Translations under genes and position numbers: made by a program
From: an uncultured delta proteobacterium
GTDB taxonomy: Bacteria; Desulfobacterota; Binatia; HRBIN30; BPIQ01
DNA length: 64,000 nucleotides
NCBI GenBank assembly: GCA_963761335.1
Contig: CAVXGR010000015.1
Location: forward strand, 1 to 64,000
Direction of reading: 5' to 3'
Shown: piece after piece, positions 51,385 through 62,813 of the stretch
How the letters are laid out: each line of letters opens with the position of its first letter
Numbering within the stretch: the first letter of the stretch is position 1
Notes under the pieces: generated by a model
The model's database searches: none
The model's input: the letters and a program-made list of their open reading frames with translations, nothing else
What the model was told of the DNA's origin: nothing

Positions 51385-53067
51385 CTACGGCGCCGCGGCG
51401 TGCTGCTCCGCCAGGGCCAGCTCCAGCTCTTGGCGCGCCTGGGTCAGCTGCGGGTCGATGCGCAGCGCTTCGTTCAGCTCAGCGATGGCCTCGCTCAGAT
51501 GGTGCTGCCGATGGCGCACCATGCCGAGGTTGCCGTGCGCCTCGGCGTACTGCGGATCGAGGAGAACGGCCTCGCTCAGGTGGCGCATGGCTTCATCGAG
51601 CTTGCCCTGGCGAGCGAGTGCCACGCCGAGCTGATTGCGGGCGAAGGGGTCGTCTGGCCGGAGGCGAACACTGGTCGAGAGGTGATCCACCGCTTCCTCG
51701 ATCCGCCCTTGCTCGGCGAGGTCGACTCCGAGGTTGTAGTGCGCCAGCCAGGCGTCCGGGTTCTTGCGGGCGCTGTCGCGCCACAGCTTCTCGGAGCTCT
51801 GATAGAGCAGCGACTGATCCCAGGTGAGAACACCGAGAACGATCAGCACGGGCGCGGCCAGCGCAGCTCGCCAGTGCCGGCGCCCCAGGCCGAGACGGGC
51901 CGATTCCAGCGAGCACACCGCCGCGAACACCGCGATCAACCCGATGCTGGCGGCGTACTGCAGGTGGTCGGCGACGGCGAACGGGGCGGCGGAACGAGGG
52001 AAGAGCCCAAGGACCGGAGCGATGGTGACTCCGTAGAAGGCCACCCCGAGCAGTGGGCCGCCGCCGAGGCGGCGACGCCGAGACCAGAGCGCCGCCGGCA
52101 CCGCCACCGCGGCGAACAGGAAGGCGTACTGTGACAGGTCCGCCGGCGAGATCTGCCACTGCGGGTAGACGGTCATCAGGGTCGCGGGCCAGAGAAGCTT
52201 GGCGGGATAGAACCACAGCGCCCGCCCGGCGACCAGCAGGCGATCGAGCACCCACGGCTGCAGGATGGTGCGATCGCCTGCGAGGTCACGGGCGCGCCAA
52301 GCGACCATCGCGGCCGCGCTCAGACCGAGCGCGAAGAACGGCGCGATGCGCCGCAGGTGGCGCCGCCAGCCGAGCGGATCGCGCCACCACGAGATCAGCA
52401 CCAGCACGACCGGAAGCGTGCAGGCGACGGCGTTGCTGAGCACGGCGGCGGCGAAGCAAAGAAGAGCCGCGCTGTACGCCCGCGATCGCCGCCGGCGCTG
52501 GAACTGGAGCCAGGCGAGGAGCGCGAGCAGATAGAAGGACAGCGACAGCAGCGTGCCGCGGTCGCTGATCCAGGCGACGGCCTCGACGTGCACCGGGTGA
52601 ACGGCGAAGATCGCCGCGGCGAACAGGGCTCCCGGAATGGCGATGCGGCGCAGCAGAGCATAGAGGAGCGCCGCGTTCAGAGCGTGGAGGACGACATTGA
52701 TGAGGTGATCGGCAAAGGGCGCCGTGCCCCATAGGTGATAGTCGAGCCAGAAGCTCGTCTGCGTTAGCGGACCGTCGGGCAACCCGGTTACGGCGCCCGT
52801 CCAGATGTCCCACAGGCCGCGCAGGGAACGCAGCGACGGATCGCCGGTCAAGGCGCGGTCGCCGCCCCCGAGGTAGCCTCCGTTCAGCGCCGGAGCATAC
52901 ACGGCCAGGGTGCCCAGGAGGATCAGGAGCGCCGTCAGCGGGAGCGGCCGCCAGGGAACGCGGCCGGTAGGCTTCGGGTTCTTTTCTTTCCCTCCGGGGA
53001 TGACGCGGAGCGAGCCCGCACCGGGCGACGGTCGACTCACCCGCTTTCTCTGGCGGGTCGGATTCAT
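51385..53067 (-). CDS. TMTC-like membrane glycosyltransferase-family protein with C-terminal TPRs
   Basis: IFAVHPVHVEAVAWISDR, multiple TMs, AHYNLG and AHGNLG TPR repeats. Confidence 0.8.
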   Translation of the reverse strand: MNPTRQRKRVSRPSPGAGSLRVIPGGKEKNPKPTGRVPWRPLPLTALLILLGTLAVYAPALNGGYLGGGDRALTGDPSLRSLRGLWDIWTGAVTGLPDGPLTQTSFWLDYHLWGTAPFADHLINVVLHALNAALLYALLRRIAIPGALFAAAIFAVHPVHVEAVAWISDRGTLLSLSFYLLALLAWLQFQRRRRSRAYSAALLCFAAAVLSNAVACTLPVVLVLISWWRDPLGWRRHLRRIAPFFALGLSAAAMVAWRARDLAGDRTILQPWVLDRLLVAGRALWFYPAKLLWPATLMTVYPQWQISPADLSQYAFLFAAVAVPAALWSRRRRLGGGPLLGVAFYGVTIAPVLGLFPRSAAPFAVADHLQYAASIGLIAVFAAVCSLESARLGLGRRHWRAALAAPVLIVLGVLTWDQSLLYQSSEKLWRDSARKNPDAWLAHYNLGVDLAEQGRIEEAVDHLSTSVRLRPDDPFARNQLGVALARQGKLDEAMRHLSEAVLLDPQYAEAHGNLGMVRHRQHHLSEAIAELNEALRIDPQLTQARQELELALAEQHAAAP

Positions 53068-53126
53068 TTCAGTGTTGCTTCGTTGATAATCGAGGGCGCG
53101 GGTTAAGGAAACTGGAAACTTCTGCC

Positions 53127-54383
53127 TCAGCCTCCCGCCGATTCCGCGTCGAAGGCATTGGCGCAGGCGATGGCGCCGAGGTACCGCGCGCTGGGCTTTG
53201 CGGTTCGCATCTGGGTGGTGCGGTCGACGCCGACGATGCCGAACTGCGGCCCGTAGCCGAAGAGCCATTCGAAGTTGTCCATCAGCGACCAGTAGAAATA
53301 GCCGCGCACGTCGATGCCGTCGCGCATGCAGCGGACCACGCCCTCGAGAGCACGGCGGACGTAATCGATGCGCTGCTCGTCATCGGTGGTGCCGATGCCG
53401 TTCTCGGTGACATAGATGGGTACGTTCGCCTTGGAGCGGGCGTAGCGGATGGTCGCCTCCAGCGACTCCGGCCAGAGCTCATAGCCCATGATGAGAGTGG
53501 GCACGCCTTCCTCCGGACCGATCGGCCCGGCGGCGTCGAAGCGGTGGCGGCTGTAGGTCTGTACGCCGACGAAGTCGTCCTGCCGGGCCGCCTCGAGGAA
53601 GGCGTCGAAGCTGTCGGCATTCGCCTGGTCGCGTCGCTTCTCGCCTCCGGGAACCGCCTGGTAATCCTGCATCGCCAGGGTCACGCCGACGGGAAAGTCG
53701 CCGCGGCCCGCCTTGATGACGTCGCGTGCCCGCACATGCGCCTCGAGCATGGTCTCGGAGATGATGAACGGCTGTCCGAGCAGAAAAGGGCCGAAGCGCT
53801 CGAGGGTGGTGTTGCAGCGCTGCGCCGCCTGGCGCACGAAGTCGGCGACCGACTTGAGGCCGGACCGCGGCAGGAACCCGGTCGAGGCAAGGGTTGCGAG
53901 CAGGTTTGCCTCGTTGATGGTGCAGCACATGCGGATCAGGTCGCCCAGGTGGCGGGTGGCGCGCTCGCAGTAGCGCAGGAAGCGATCGACGTTGCGGCGG
54001 TCCTCCCAGCCGCCGTCGGCGGTGAACCACAGCGGCGAGGTGAAATGGTGAAAGGTGACGCAGGGCGTGACGCCGTGCTCGTGGCAGCTGGCGAGCATGC
54101 GCCGGTAGTGGTCGAGGGCCGCCGTGGAGAAGTGGCCCTCTTCGGGCTCGACGCGCGCCCACTCGATGGAGAATCGGTAGGCGTTGAAGCCGAGCTGTGA
54201 GAGCAGGGAGATGTCCTGCGGGTAGCGATGGTAATGGTCGACGGCATCGCCGGACGGCTCGGCAAACAAGGTTCCGGGAGCGTGCTCGAGCATCCAGAAG
54301 TCGCTGTTGACGTTGTTTCCCTCCACCTGGTGCGCTGCGGTTGCCGTCCCCCAGACGAAGCCCTGCGGAAATTCGAAAGCCAT
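53127..54383 (-). CDS. Glycoside hydrolase family 1 (beta-glucosidase)
   Basis: FVWGTATAAHQVEG, YRFSIEWAR, TINE, YVTENG, WSLMDNFEW. Confidence 0.95.
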   Translation of the reverse strand: MAFEFPQGFVWGTATAAHQVEGNNVNSDFWMLEHAPGTLFAEPSGDAVDHYHRYPQDISLLSQLGFNAYRFSIEWARVEPEEGHFSTAALDHYRRMLASCHEHGVTPCVTFHHFTSPLWFTADGGWEDRRNVDRFLRYCERATRHLGDLIRMCCTINEANLLATLASTGFLPRSGLKSVADFVRQAAQRCNTTLERFGPFLLGQPFIISETMLEAHVRARDVIKAGRGDFPVGVTLAMQDYQAVPGGEKRRDQANADSFDAFLEAARQDDFVGVQTYSRHRFDAAGPIGPEEGVPTLIMGYELWPESLEATIRYARSKANVPIYVTENGIGTTDDEQRIDYVRRALEGVVRCMRDGIDVRGYFYWSLMDNFEWLFGYGPQFGIVGVDRTTQMRTAKPSARYLGAIACANAFDAESAGG

Positions 54384-54489
54384 CTCGCTCCTCTCCTCTC
54401 GTTGCGGTGCGGGACAGTTACCACGAAGTCCCCGGCGGAGGCGACAAGGAGCAGCGGCGCCCCGCCGCTTCTGCGTGGGGAGCCCGCCG

Positions 54490-57222
54490 CTACAACGAGT
54501 TGAGGAAGGCGATCAGCCGGTCGCGATCCTTCTGCGAGCCGTACTGGTACCGATTGCGCGAGTCGGTGGCTTCGCCGCCGTGCATGCGGATGGCCTCGTC
54601 CAGTGTCATGGCGCGGCCGTCGTGCAGGTACGGGGCGCTGTAGCGCACTCCCCAGAGCGGCGGAGTGCGGAACTCGCTTCCGGAGGCGGAGCCCTGGCGA
54701 ATGCCGTCGGCCAGGTCGGGCCCCATGTCGTGCAGCAACAGGTCGGTGTAGGCGCGAACCCGCCGGCGGTTGAGCAGCTTCACCGGAAAATTGGCGGTCC
54801 GGTAGCGATCCGTGTGGCACTTGTGGCAGCGCATACGGCGGAAGACGCCGCGTCCTTGGCGCGCGTCGCGGCTGCGCTCGCCGCCGGGCGGCGGGGCCAG
54901 GTAGAGCATGAAGTCCGAGAAGGCGTCGATCGCCGTGCCGTCGTCCTCCGGGTCCTGCTCGTCGTCGCAGGTGACAGCTCCGCCCTGGGGGCCGCTCTCC
55001 TGCGGGGCGAAGGGCGTGGTGATGCCCATCTCGCCGAGGTACGCGTCGGCGGCGAAGTCGTGCAGGGTCGCGAACTGCGCCTTCCAGCCGAAGCGGCCGA
55101 CGCGGCCGTTGATGATGTTGTAGCGCCCCGAGATGCCGTCGTGGTTGCGGTCCGTGGGATCGGCGAAGAGGCGGATCTTCAGCTCCGGAATCGCCTCGAG
55201 GAGCCCCGCTCCGAAGAGCGCCGGGGTGTTGCGCTGGCTGGTCACGTTGGCTTCCGGCGGCACCACCTCGCCGCCGACCGAGCAGGTCGGGGTCGTGAGC
55301 CCCTGCGATTGCAGCAGCGGACCTCCGTGCGCCGTCAGCGGGTCGAAGGTGTAGCCGTCGGGGGCGAGAAAGCCGATGCGGGTCACCATGTGATCGCTCG
55401 AGCCGCCCATCCGTGGAAAGCTGTGGCACTCGGCGCAGGCGGCACCGTTGAAGATCGGGCCCAGCCCGGTGGCCGGGCGCTCAACCTCGACGAACTCCTC
55501 GACGCCGCCGGCGAAGCGCTGCTGCTGGGCGGCGGACATGCCCTCGAGGGTGCGGACGTCGCACACCGCGTCCAGGGGCTTCTTGGGATCGCGGAAGCCG
55601 CGGCAGACGTCGCAGACGTCGGCGACTCCGTTGCCGTCCGCATCGGCCATCGCCGACTCCAGCTTGCAGTCGAAGCTACAGCCGTCACAGGAGACGGTAT
55701 TGCCGTCGTCGCACTCCTCGTCCGAGTCCACGACCCCGTCGCCGCAGCGAGCCAGCTTGCAGTCGCTGCGGCAGGCGTCGGGAGTCGAGTCGCTGTTGGC
55801 GGCGCCGTCGTCGCAGCGCTCGCCGCAGGCGCGCTCGCGGATCCCGTCGCCGCAGCGGTAGCCGGCCTCGACCTGGCAGGTGGAGCTGCAGCCGTCGCAG
55901 CTCTGCGTGTTGCCGTCATCGCACTGCTCGCCGGCGTCGATCACGCCATCGCCGCACCCGGCACGGGTGCAGTCGGTGCGGCAGGCGTTCGGCGCCGAGT
56001 CGCTGTTGGCGGTGCCGTCGTCGCACTGCTCGCAGGCGGGCTCGTAGTTGCCGTCGCCGCAGGTGGCGGCGCTGCAGGTGCGGATCACGGTCGCGAAGGC
56101 GCGGCTCTGCCAGTACCAGACATTGGCGATGCTGCCGTTCGTCAGGCGGGCGCTGTGCATCTCCACCCCGGGCTGCGCGGAGATCTCCAGCGGCGGGCCG
56201 GTCGGATTGCCATCGACGTCGAAGACGCGGGCGCGCGGCGGCAGCGGCGTGCCGCCGCCGCTCGGATAGATCGTCCACGACACGTAGAGGTTGCCCAACG
56301 CGTCGAATTGAGGAGCGGTGTCCAGGCCCCAGTGCCCGTCGAGGCTGTCGACGGGGATCCGCTCTCCGACAATGGAGCCGTCGGCGGCGTGGCGCTCGAT
56401 CCAGATCTGTGAGGTGTCGGGAGCCGACGTCCAGTTGTAGGCGGTGACCGCGAACCCACCCCCGGGGCGGGCCGCCACCCGCGGAGAGGCCAGGCCGTCG
56501 ACGATCGGCAGGGCGTCGCCGCGCGGCTGGCCGGCGGGGCTGAAGAAACGCGCCACGTACGGAGACTCGCCGGCGCTGCCGTTCCACACGGCGACGAAGC
56601 CTCCGTCGGCCGTCTGTGCGGTGTCGATCGCAATGTAACCGCCGTTGCCGGCGCGGATGTCGCCGCCCGCGCGGTCGTTTGCGGCGTCGACGCCGCGCAG
56701 CCAGAGGCCGTTCTCGTTCCAGAGGAAATGAGGTCCGGAGGCGAGCCCGATTGCCTGACCGAGGCCGACCAGGAACAGATCGTGGTCAATGGACACCTCG
56801 AAGTCCGCACCGATGGCGCGGGCATCGGAATCGAGGATCTGCCCGAAGAAGCGGTAGAGGTGCGCGTTGCCGTTGATCCATTCCCAGGCGGCGACGTAGC
56901 CGCCCTTGCCGTCGGCGCTGATCGAGGGGTTGAAGACGTGGGCGCTGGTGTCGACCCGCTGTGGCGGGCCCAGAGGAACGCCTTGGGCGGAAAAGCGGCG
57001 GGTGACGGCGTGGTCGTTGCGGCCGCTCAGGTTGCTGGTGTACTCGCCCCAGATGACCGCGAACGAGCCGTCATCTCCCGCGGCGACGTCGACATCTTGC
57101 AGAAGACCCGAGGTCGGACCGCCCAGGTCGAACGTCGGAACTTCGATGATCTGTGCCCGGCTGCGGGTCGAGAGCAGCAATCCCGCAGCCAGGGCGACGC
57201 ACAGCAGCGCGCGACGGATCAT
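54490..57222 (-). CDS. Secreted protein with Myxococcus Cys-rich (DUF4215) repeats and a C-terminal di-heme oxidoreductase (DHOR-like) domain
   Basis: CGDG...EQCDDGN repeats; CAECH and CHKCH heme motifs; GRFGWKA, YTDLLLHDMG, FRTPPLWG, YLHDGRA, HGGEA. Confidence 0.85.
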   Translation of the reverse strand: MIRRALLCVALAAGLLLSTRSRAQIIEVPTFDLGGPTSGLLQDVDVAAGDDGSFAVIWGEYTSNLSGRNDHAVTRRFSAQGVPLGPPQRVDTSAHVFNPSISADGKGGYVAAWEWINGNAHLYRFFGQILDSDARAIGADFEVSIDHDLFLVGLGQAIGLASGPHFLWNENGLWLRGVDAANDRAGGDIRAGNGGYIAIDTAQTADGGFVAVWNGSAGESPYVARFFSPAGQPRGDALPIVDGLASPRVAARPGGGFAVTAYNWTSAPDTSQIWIERHAADGSIVGERIPVDSLDGHWGLDTAPQFDALGNLYVSWTIYPSGGGTPLPPRARVFDVDGNPTGPPLEISAQPGVEMHSARLTNGSIANVWYWQSRAFATVIRTCSAATCGDGNYEPACEQCDDGTANSDSAPNACRTDCTRAGCGDGVIDAGEQCDDGNTQSCDGCSSTCQVEAGYRCGDGIRERACGERCDDGAANSDSTPDACRSDCKLARCGDGVVDSDEECDDGNTVSCDGCSFDCKLESAMADADGNGVADVCDVCRGFRDPKKPLDAVCDVRTLEGMSAAQQQRFAGGVEEFVEVERPATGLGPIFNGAACAECHSFPRMGGSSDHMVTRIGFLAPDGYTFDPLTAHGGPLLQSQGLTTPTCSVGGEVVPPEANVTSQRNTPALFGAGLLEAIPELKIRLFADPTDRNHDGISGRYNIINGRVGRFGWKAQFATLHDFAADAYLGEMGITTPFAPQESGPQGGAVTCDDEQDPEDDGTAIDAFSDFMLYLAPPPGGERSRDARQGRGVFRRMRCHKCHTDRYRTANFPVKLLNRRRVRAYTDLLLHDMGPDLADGIRQGSASGSEFRTPPLWGVRYSAPYLHDGRAMTLDEAIRMHGGEATDSRNRYQYGSQKDRDRLIAFLNSL

Positions 57223-57427
57223 GGCTTGCCCCCCTTTGCCAGCTTGTCAACGTGCAACTCCGGCCTAGCACCAAACGGGGGGCAGGGGAAAGGAGAATCT
57301 TGCAAAGAGGAAGCGTCGTCCCGGCGCTTCTCGAAGCGGCGGGACGACGCTTCTACCTGGGCCCGCGGGTGGGCGGGAAGAGGGGGCGAGCCGAGATGGC
57401 GAGGCTCTGCCGAGCCATGCCCTCCGC

Positions 57428-58648
<1,221 letters not shown>

Positions 58649-58788
58649 GGCACACCTCCTTCGTCTACCTCGCGGGCCGCGGCGATCATGTTCCGATCGC
58701 CGCCGTTCGGCAACCGCCCTCCGTCTCGGCGGTACTGTCCTAGTTTGCCGGTGCGACTCTGCAATTATCTCCCGCCCGCCTCGCGCAA

Positions 58789-58932
58789 GGGTCTCCTCTC
58801 CCCGCATCTTTTCGCGGGGAGAGGATCAAGGTGAGGGGTTCCTTCCTCACTGAAAGTCCATGAGTATTGCGCCGTTCAAGAAGATCGAAACCCTCACCCT
58901 GACCCTCTCCCGCGAAAAAATGCGGGAGAGGG
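58789..58932. repeat. ccctctccc-family hairpin repeat (reverse copy of 30548-30692)
   Basis: Paired ccctcacc/ccctctccc...gggagagg hairpins. Confidence 0.75.
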
Positions 58933-59153
58933 AACCCTCGCTCGCAGGGGCGTGAGGACAGTCAGCCAATGTCAACGGGTCGCGCTAGCCAATTTAGACA
59001 GTACTCCGTCGGCGTCCCTTCTCGGCGCTCTCCGCGCCTCCGCGGTTCCCCCACTCGGCGTCCTCTCTTCTCTCTGTGCCTTCTGCGGTAGCCCTTTGCG
59101 GTTGCGGTTCCCCCGGATCGCGGTAGATTGCGGCCTCTGAGAAGGAGGGAGAG

Positions 59154-60128
59154 ATGGCGCAGGTAGAGACGGTCCGCGGCCCCATCGACACGTCCGAGAT
59201 GGGGCCGACGCTGATGCACGAGCACGTCTTCGTGCTGAACACCGAGATCCAGGTCAACTACCCGTCGGGGTGGGACGAGGAGGCGCGGGTGGCCGACGCC
59301 GTCGCCAAGCTCGACGAGCTGCGCGGCCGCGGCATCCGCACCATCGTCGATCCGACGGTGATCGGCCTGGGGCGCTACATCCCGCGCATCCAGCGGGTGG
59401 CGTCAGAGACGGATCTCCAAATCGTCGCCGCCACCGGGCTCTACACCTACAACGACGTGCCCTTCTACTTCCACTTCCGCGGCCCGGGAACGCTGCTCGA
59501 CGGGCCGGAGCTGATGGTGGATCTGTTCGTCAAGGACATCCGCGAAGGCATCGCCGGCACGCCGGTGAAGGCGGCGATCCTCAAGTGCGCCACCGAGGCG
59601 GCGGGGCTGACGCCGGGAGTCGAGCGGGTGCTGCGCGCCGTCGCCCAGGCGCACCGCCAGACGGGTGTACCGATCACCACGCACACGCACGCGCACACGC
59701 ATCGCGGCCGCGACCAACAGCGGGTCTTCCGGGAGGAAGGCGTCGACCTGAGCCGGGTGATCATCGGCCACTCGGGCGACAGCACCGACCTCGACTACCT
59801 GAAGGAGCTCATGGACAACGGCTCCTACATCGGCATGGACCGCTTCGGCATCGACTCCTTGCTGCCCTTCGAGGACCGCGTCAGCACCGTGGTCGAGCTC
59901 TGCCGTCAGGGGTATGCCGGGCAGATGGTGCTGTCGCAGGACGCTTCATGTTTCATCGACTGGTTCGACGACGAGATGCGTGCCGCGGCGATGCCGAAGT
60001 GGACCTTCACTCATATCTCCGACGACGTCATTCCCGAGCTGCGCAAGCGCGGCATGGAAGAAGAGCAAATCAAGCAGCTGATGGTGGGGAATCCGCGGCG
60101 GATCTTCGAGAAGGCGGGGGGTTACTGA
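59154..60128 (+). CDS. Phosphotriesterase-like lactonase family protein
   Basis: TLMHEH, ATGLY, ILKCA, PITTHT, IGHSGD, GMDRFG, LSQD. Confidence 0.9.
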   Translation: MAQVETVRGPIDTSEMGPTLMHEHVFVLNTEIQVNYPSGWDEEARVADAVAKLDELRGRGIRTIVDPTVIGLGRYIPRIQRVASETDLQIVAATGLYTYNDVPFYFHFRGPGTLLDGPELMVDLFVKDIREGIAGTPVKAAILKCATEAAGLTPGVERVLRAVAQAHRQTGVPITTHTHAHTHRGRDQQRVFREEGVDLSRVIIGHSGDSTDLDYLKELMDNGSYIGMDRFGIDSLLPFEDRVSTVVELCRQGYAGQMVLSQDASCFIDWFDDEMRAAAMPKWTFTHISDDVIPELRKRGMEEEQIKQLMVGNPRRIFEKAGGY

Positions 60129-60198
60129 GGGACGGACGTCCTGCGCCCCTGAAATGCGCGCGCTGTGAGCGCGACCGTCCGGCTAGCCCCGGGTCGGC

Positions 60199-60318
60199 GA
60201 GGCTGTCTCAAAACCCGGGCAAAACGATTCCGCCGGCCCGCGGGCCAAGGTAGAAGCGGCGTCTCGCCGCTTCGGAAAGCGCCGGGACGGCGCTTCTACT
60301 CCGGTTTCGAGACAAGTT
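60199..60318. repeat. Full-length GTAG REP doublet MITE inside a cccggg hairpin REP
   Basis: gaggctgtctcaaaacc...ggtttcgagacaag, flanked by ccccgggtcggc and tggcacccggggctac. Confidence 0.75.
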
Positions 60319-60358
60319 TCTGGCACCCGGGGCTACATACTGGCGTGGCCCGCGGCGA

Positions 60359-61213
60359 TCAGCGCAGGGTGATCGCCGCGTTGCTCAGCACCGGCTTGCC
60401 GCGCTCCTTGGTGGTGGCGGCGATGAGGATCTTGCCGTCCTCCTTCCACAGCGAGGTGACGATGGTCTCGCCGGGGAAGACGACGCCGGCGAAGCGCGCC
60501 TGGTAGCCGGCGACGCGATCGACGGCGCCGTCCAGCATGGCGTCGACGGCGGCCTTGCAGACGATGCCGAAGGAGCAGAGGCCGTGCAGGATCGGCGTGT
60601 CGAAGCCGCCCATCTTGGCGAAGTCGGGATCGGCGTGCAGGGGGTTCTTGTCTCCGGACAGGCGGTAGAGAAGCGCCTGATGCGAAACCGTGGGCGTCTC
60701 GACCACGGCATCGGCGCCGCGGCTCGGCGCCTCGTTCCCGGGCTTCGGCCCGGGCTCGCCGCCGAAGCCGCCTTCGCCGCGCGCAAAGATGGTGAAGCGG
60801 TTGGTGAACAGCGGCTCGCCGCCCTTCTCGCGGGTGGCCACCTCGAGAACGATCAGGCCGGCCTTGCCCTTGTCATAGATGCCGGCGACCCGTCCCTGGC
60901 TCTCGACCTTCGCCGCCACCGGCAGAGGGCGGTGAATCTCGACGTCCTGCTCGCCGTGCAGGACCATGGCGAAGTTGATGTCGATTCCGGGAATGGAGCC
61001 CAGGCCGCCGAGTGCGCCGAAGACGGGAATCACGGCGAAGCTGGGCAGCACCTTGAGATTGCGCTCGTAGGTGTACTCGAGCTCCTTGGGATCGGTGGCC
61101 TTGCCGACGCCGGCGCCGATTCCCAGGTGATAGAGAATGACGTCGTCGGCGTCCCACGAGGATTCCGCCGGCGGCAGTGTGGCGGCCATGGCCTTTTTCG
61201 GATCGATCGGCAT
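60359..61213 (-). CDS. MaoC/hydratase-2 type (R)-enoyl-CoA hydratase
   Basis: VLHGEQ, YRLSGDKNPLHADP, ILHGLCSFG, VFPGET. Confidence 0.9.
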   Translation of the reverse strand: MPIDPKKAMAATLPPAESSWDADDVILYHLGIGAGVGKATDPKELEYTYERNLKVLPSFAVIPVFGALGGLGSIPGIDINFAMVLHGEQDVEIHRPLPVAAKVESQGRVAGIYDKGKAGLIVLEVATREKGGEPLFTNRFTIFARGEGGFGGEPGPKPGNEAPSRGADAVVETPTVSHQALLYRLSGDKNPLHADPDFAKMGGFDTPILHGLCSFGIVCKAAVDAMLDGAVDRVAGYQARFAGVVFPGETIVTSLWKEDGKILIAATTKERGKPVLSNAAITLR

Positions 61214-61343
61214 GTTGTTCTCCTTTCGCTCTCGCGTGCGCGGATCATTTCGAGTTACCGAGGAGCCGGGCTGTGTCAAGGATGCCGCCGCAGCGGCATC
61301 GATGGCGTATTGCAATGGCCGCGGCGATTGGCGACAAGAGGCC

Positions 61344-61523
61344 GTGGCAAGATCGTGGTTCCTGGGCGCCGTGGTGGCGCTGGCGGCGCTGGTCGCGGGG
61401 TGCAAGCAGGACGGCGTCAGACGCTTCGAACAGCGGCCCACCGTCGCGCTTTCGCCGTCGCCCACCCCGCCGCGCACCCCCGCACCAACGCCGACGCCCA
61501 CGGCTGCGCCGGGCGACGCCTAA
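61344..61523 (+). CDS. Small Pro/Thr-rich lipoprotein
   Basis: VARSWFLGAVVALAALVAG-C followed by a PT tail. Confidence 0.5.
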   Translation: MARSWFLGAVVALAALVAGCKQDGVRRFEQRPTVALSPSPTPPRTPAPTPTPTAAPGDA

Positions 61524-61535
61524 GAGGAGGAGAAG

Positions 61536-62612
61536 ATGCGCGCTGCGATCATGAGAGGGACCAAGCTGGTGGTCGACACCGTGCCCGAGCCCGAGCCCGG
61601 GCCCGGCGAGGTGCTGGTGCGCACGCTCGCCTGCGGCATCTGCGGCTCCGATCTGCACGCTCTGAAGCACGCCACCAGATTGGTCGAGGCGGCCCGTGAG
61701 GCGGGCGCGCCCTTCCTCATGGATCCGCAGCGCGACGTGGTTATGGGCCACGAGTACTGCGCCGAGATCGTCGACTTCGGCCCGGGCTGCCAGCGCGCCC
61801 TGACGGCGGGCGCGCGCGTCTGCTCCATGCCGATCCTGCTGCGCCCGGACAGCCTGCACGGCATCGGCTACTCCAATGATTTCCCCGGCGGCTACGGTGA
61901 GCTGATGGTCCTCTCCGAGATGCTGCTGCTGGAGGTGCCGAACGGGCTGTCGACCGAGCTGGCGGCGCTGACGGAGCCGATGGCGGTCGGCGCCCATGCC
62001 GTCGAGAAGGCGCGCCTCACTCCCGAGGACCTTCCCTTGGTGATCGGCTGCGGGCCGGTCGGCCTGGCGGTGATTGCCGCCCTCAAGCGCAAGGGCGCCG
62101 GACCGGTGATCGCCGCCGATTTCTCCGCGGCACGCCGGCGGCTGGCCGCGGCCATGGGCGCCGACGTCGTCATCGACCCGGCGGCGCGATCTCCCTACGA
62201 CACCTGGAACGAGATGGCGGCGCCCGCCGGCGACGCTCCGGCTCTGCCGTTCCCATTCGGACCGGCCCTGCGTCCGGGCGTCTTCTTCGAGTGCGTCGGC
62301 GTGCCCGGCGTGATCGACCAGATCATGCGCGGCGCTCCCCGCGGCGCGCGCGTGGTGATCGTCGGCGTGTGCATGGAGCAGGACCGCATGCAGCCGATGT
62401 TCGGCATCAACAAGGAGCTCAACCTGCAGTTCGTGCTCGGTTACGAGCCGCACGAGTTCGCGGGGACGCTCCTCGACATCGCCGAGGGACACCTGCCGGT
62501 GGAGCCGCTGATCACCGGTAAGGTCGGTGTCGAGGGCGTCGCGGCGGCCTTCGAAGATCTCGGCAGCCCCGAGCGCCACGCCAAGATCCTGGTCGAGCCC
62601 TGGCGCAGCTGA
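61536..62612 (+). CDS. Zn-dependent (MDR) dehydrogenase
   Basis: CGICGSDLH, MGHE, GCGPVG, FECVG. Confidence 0.9.
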   Translation: MRAAIMRGTKLVVDTVPEPEPGPGEVLVRTLACGICGSDLHALKHATRLVEAAREAGAPFLMDPQRDVVMGHEYCAEIVDFGPGCQRALTAGARVCSMPILLRPDSLHGIGYSNDFPGGYGELMVLSEMLLLEVPNGLSTELAALTEPMAVGAHAVEKARLTPEDLPLVIGCGPVGLAVIAALKRKGAGPVIAADFSAARRRLAAAMGADVVIDPAARSPYDTWNEMAAPAGDAPALPFPFGPALRPGVFFECVGVPGVIDQIMRGAPRGARVVIVGVCMEQDRMQPMFGINKELNLQFVLGYEPHEFAGTLLDIAEGHLPVEPLITGKVGVEGVAAAFEDLGSPERHAKILVEPWRS

Positions 62613-62616
62613 TGTC

Positions 62617-62813
62617 GGAGTGAGGCGGGGGTCGCCTCAGGCTTTGCCCAACGAATCGAGCCCGCGGTGCCGCCGCCGAAGGTTGTTAGGTTGTTGCGTT
62701 GTTGGTTGTTGGTAAGAAGGGGTGAGCTGACCTAACAACCTAACAACGTAGCAACCAACAACCCGCCCGCAGCTACGGGCATCCCGTCGGGCAAAGCCTT
62801 GTCGCCTCACTCC
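62617..62813. repeat. Nested intergenic palindrome with gttgtt/aacaac short tandem repeats
   Basis: Inverted pairs ggagtgaggcg/cgcctcactcc, aggctttgccc/gggcaaagcct and ggttgttagg.../...cctaacaacc between convergent genes. Confidence 0.65.
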
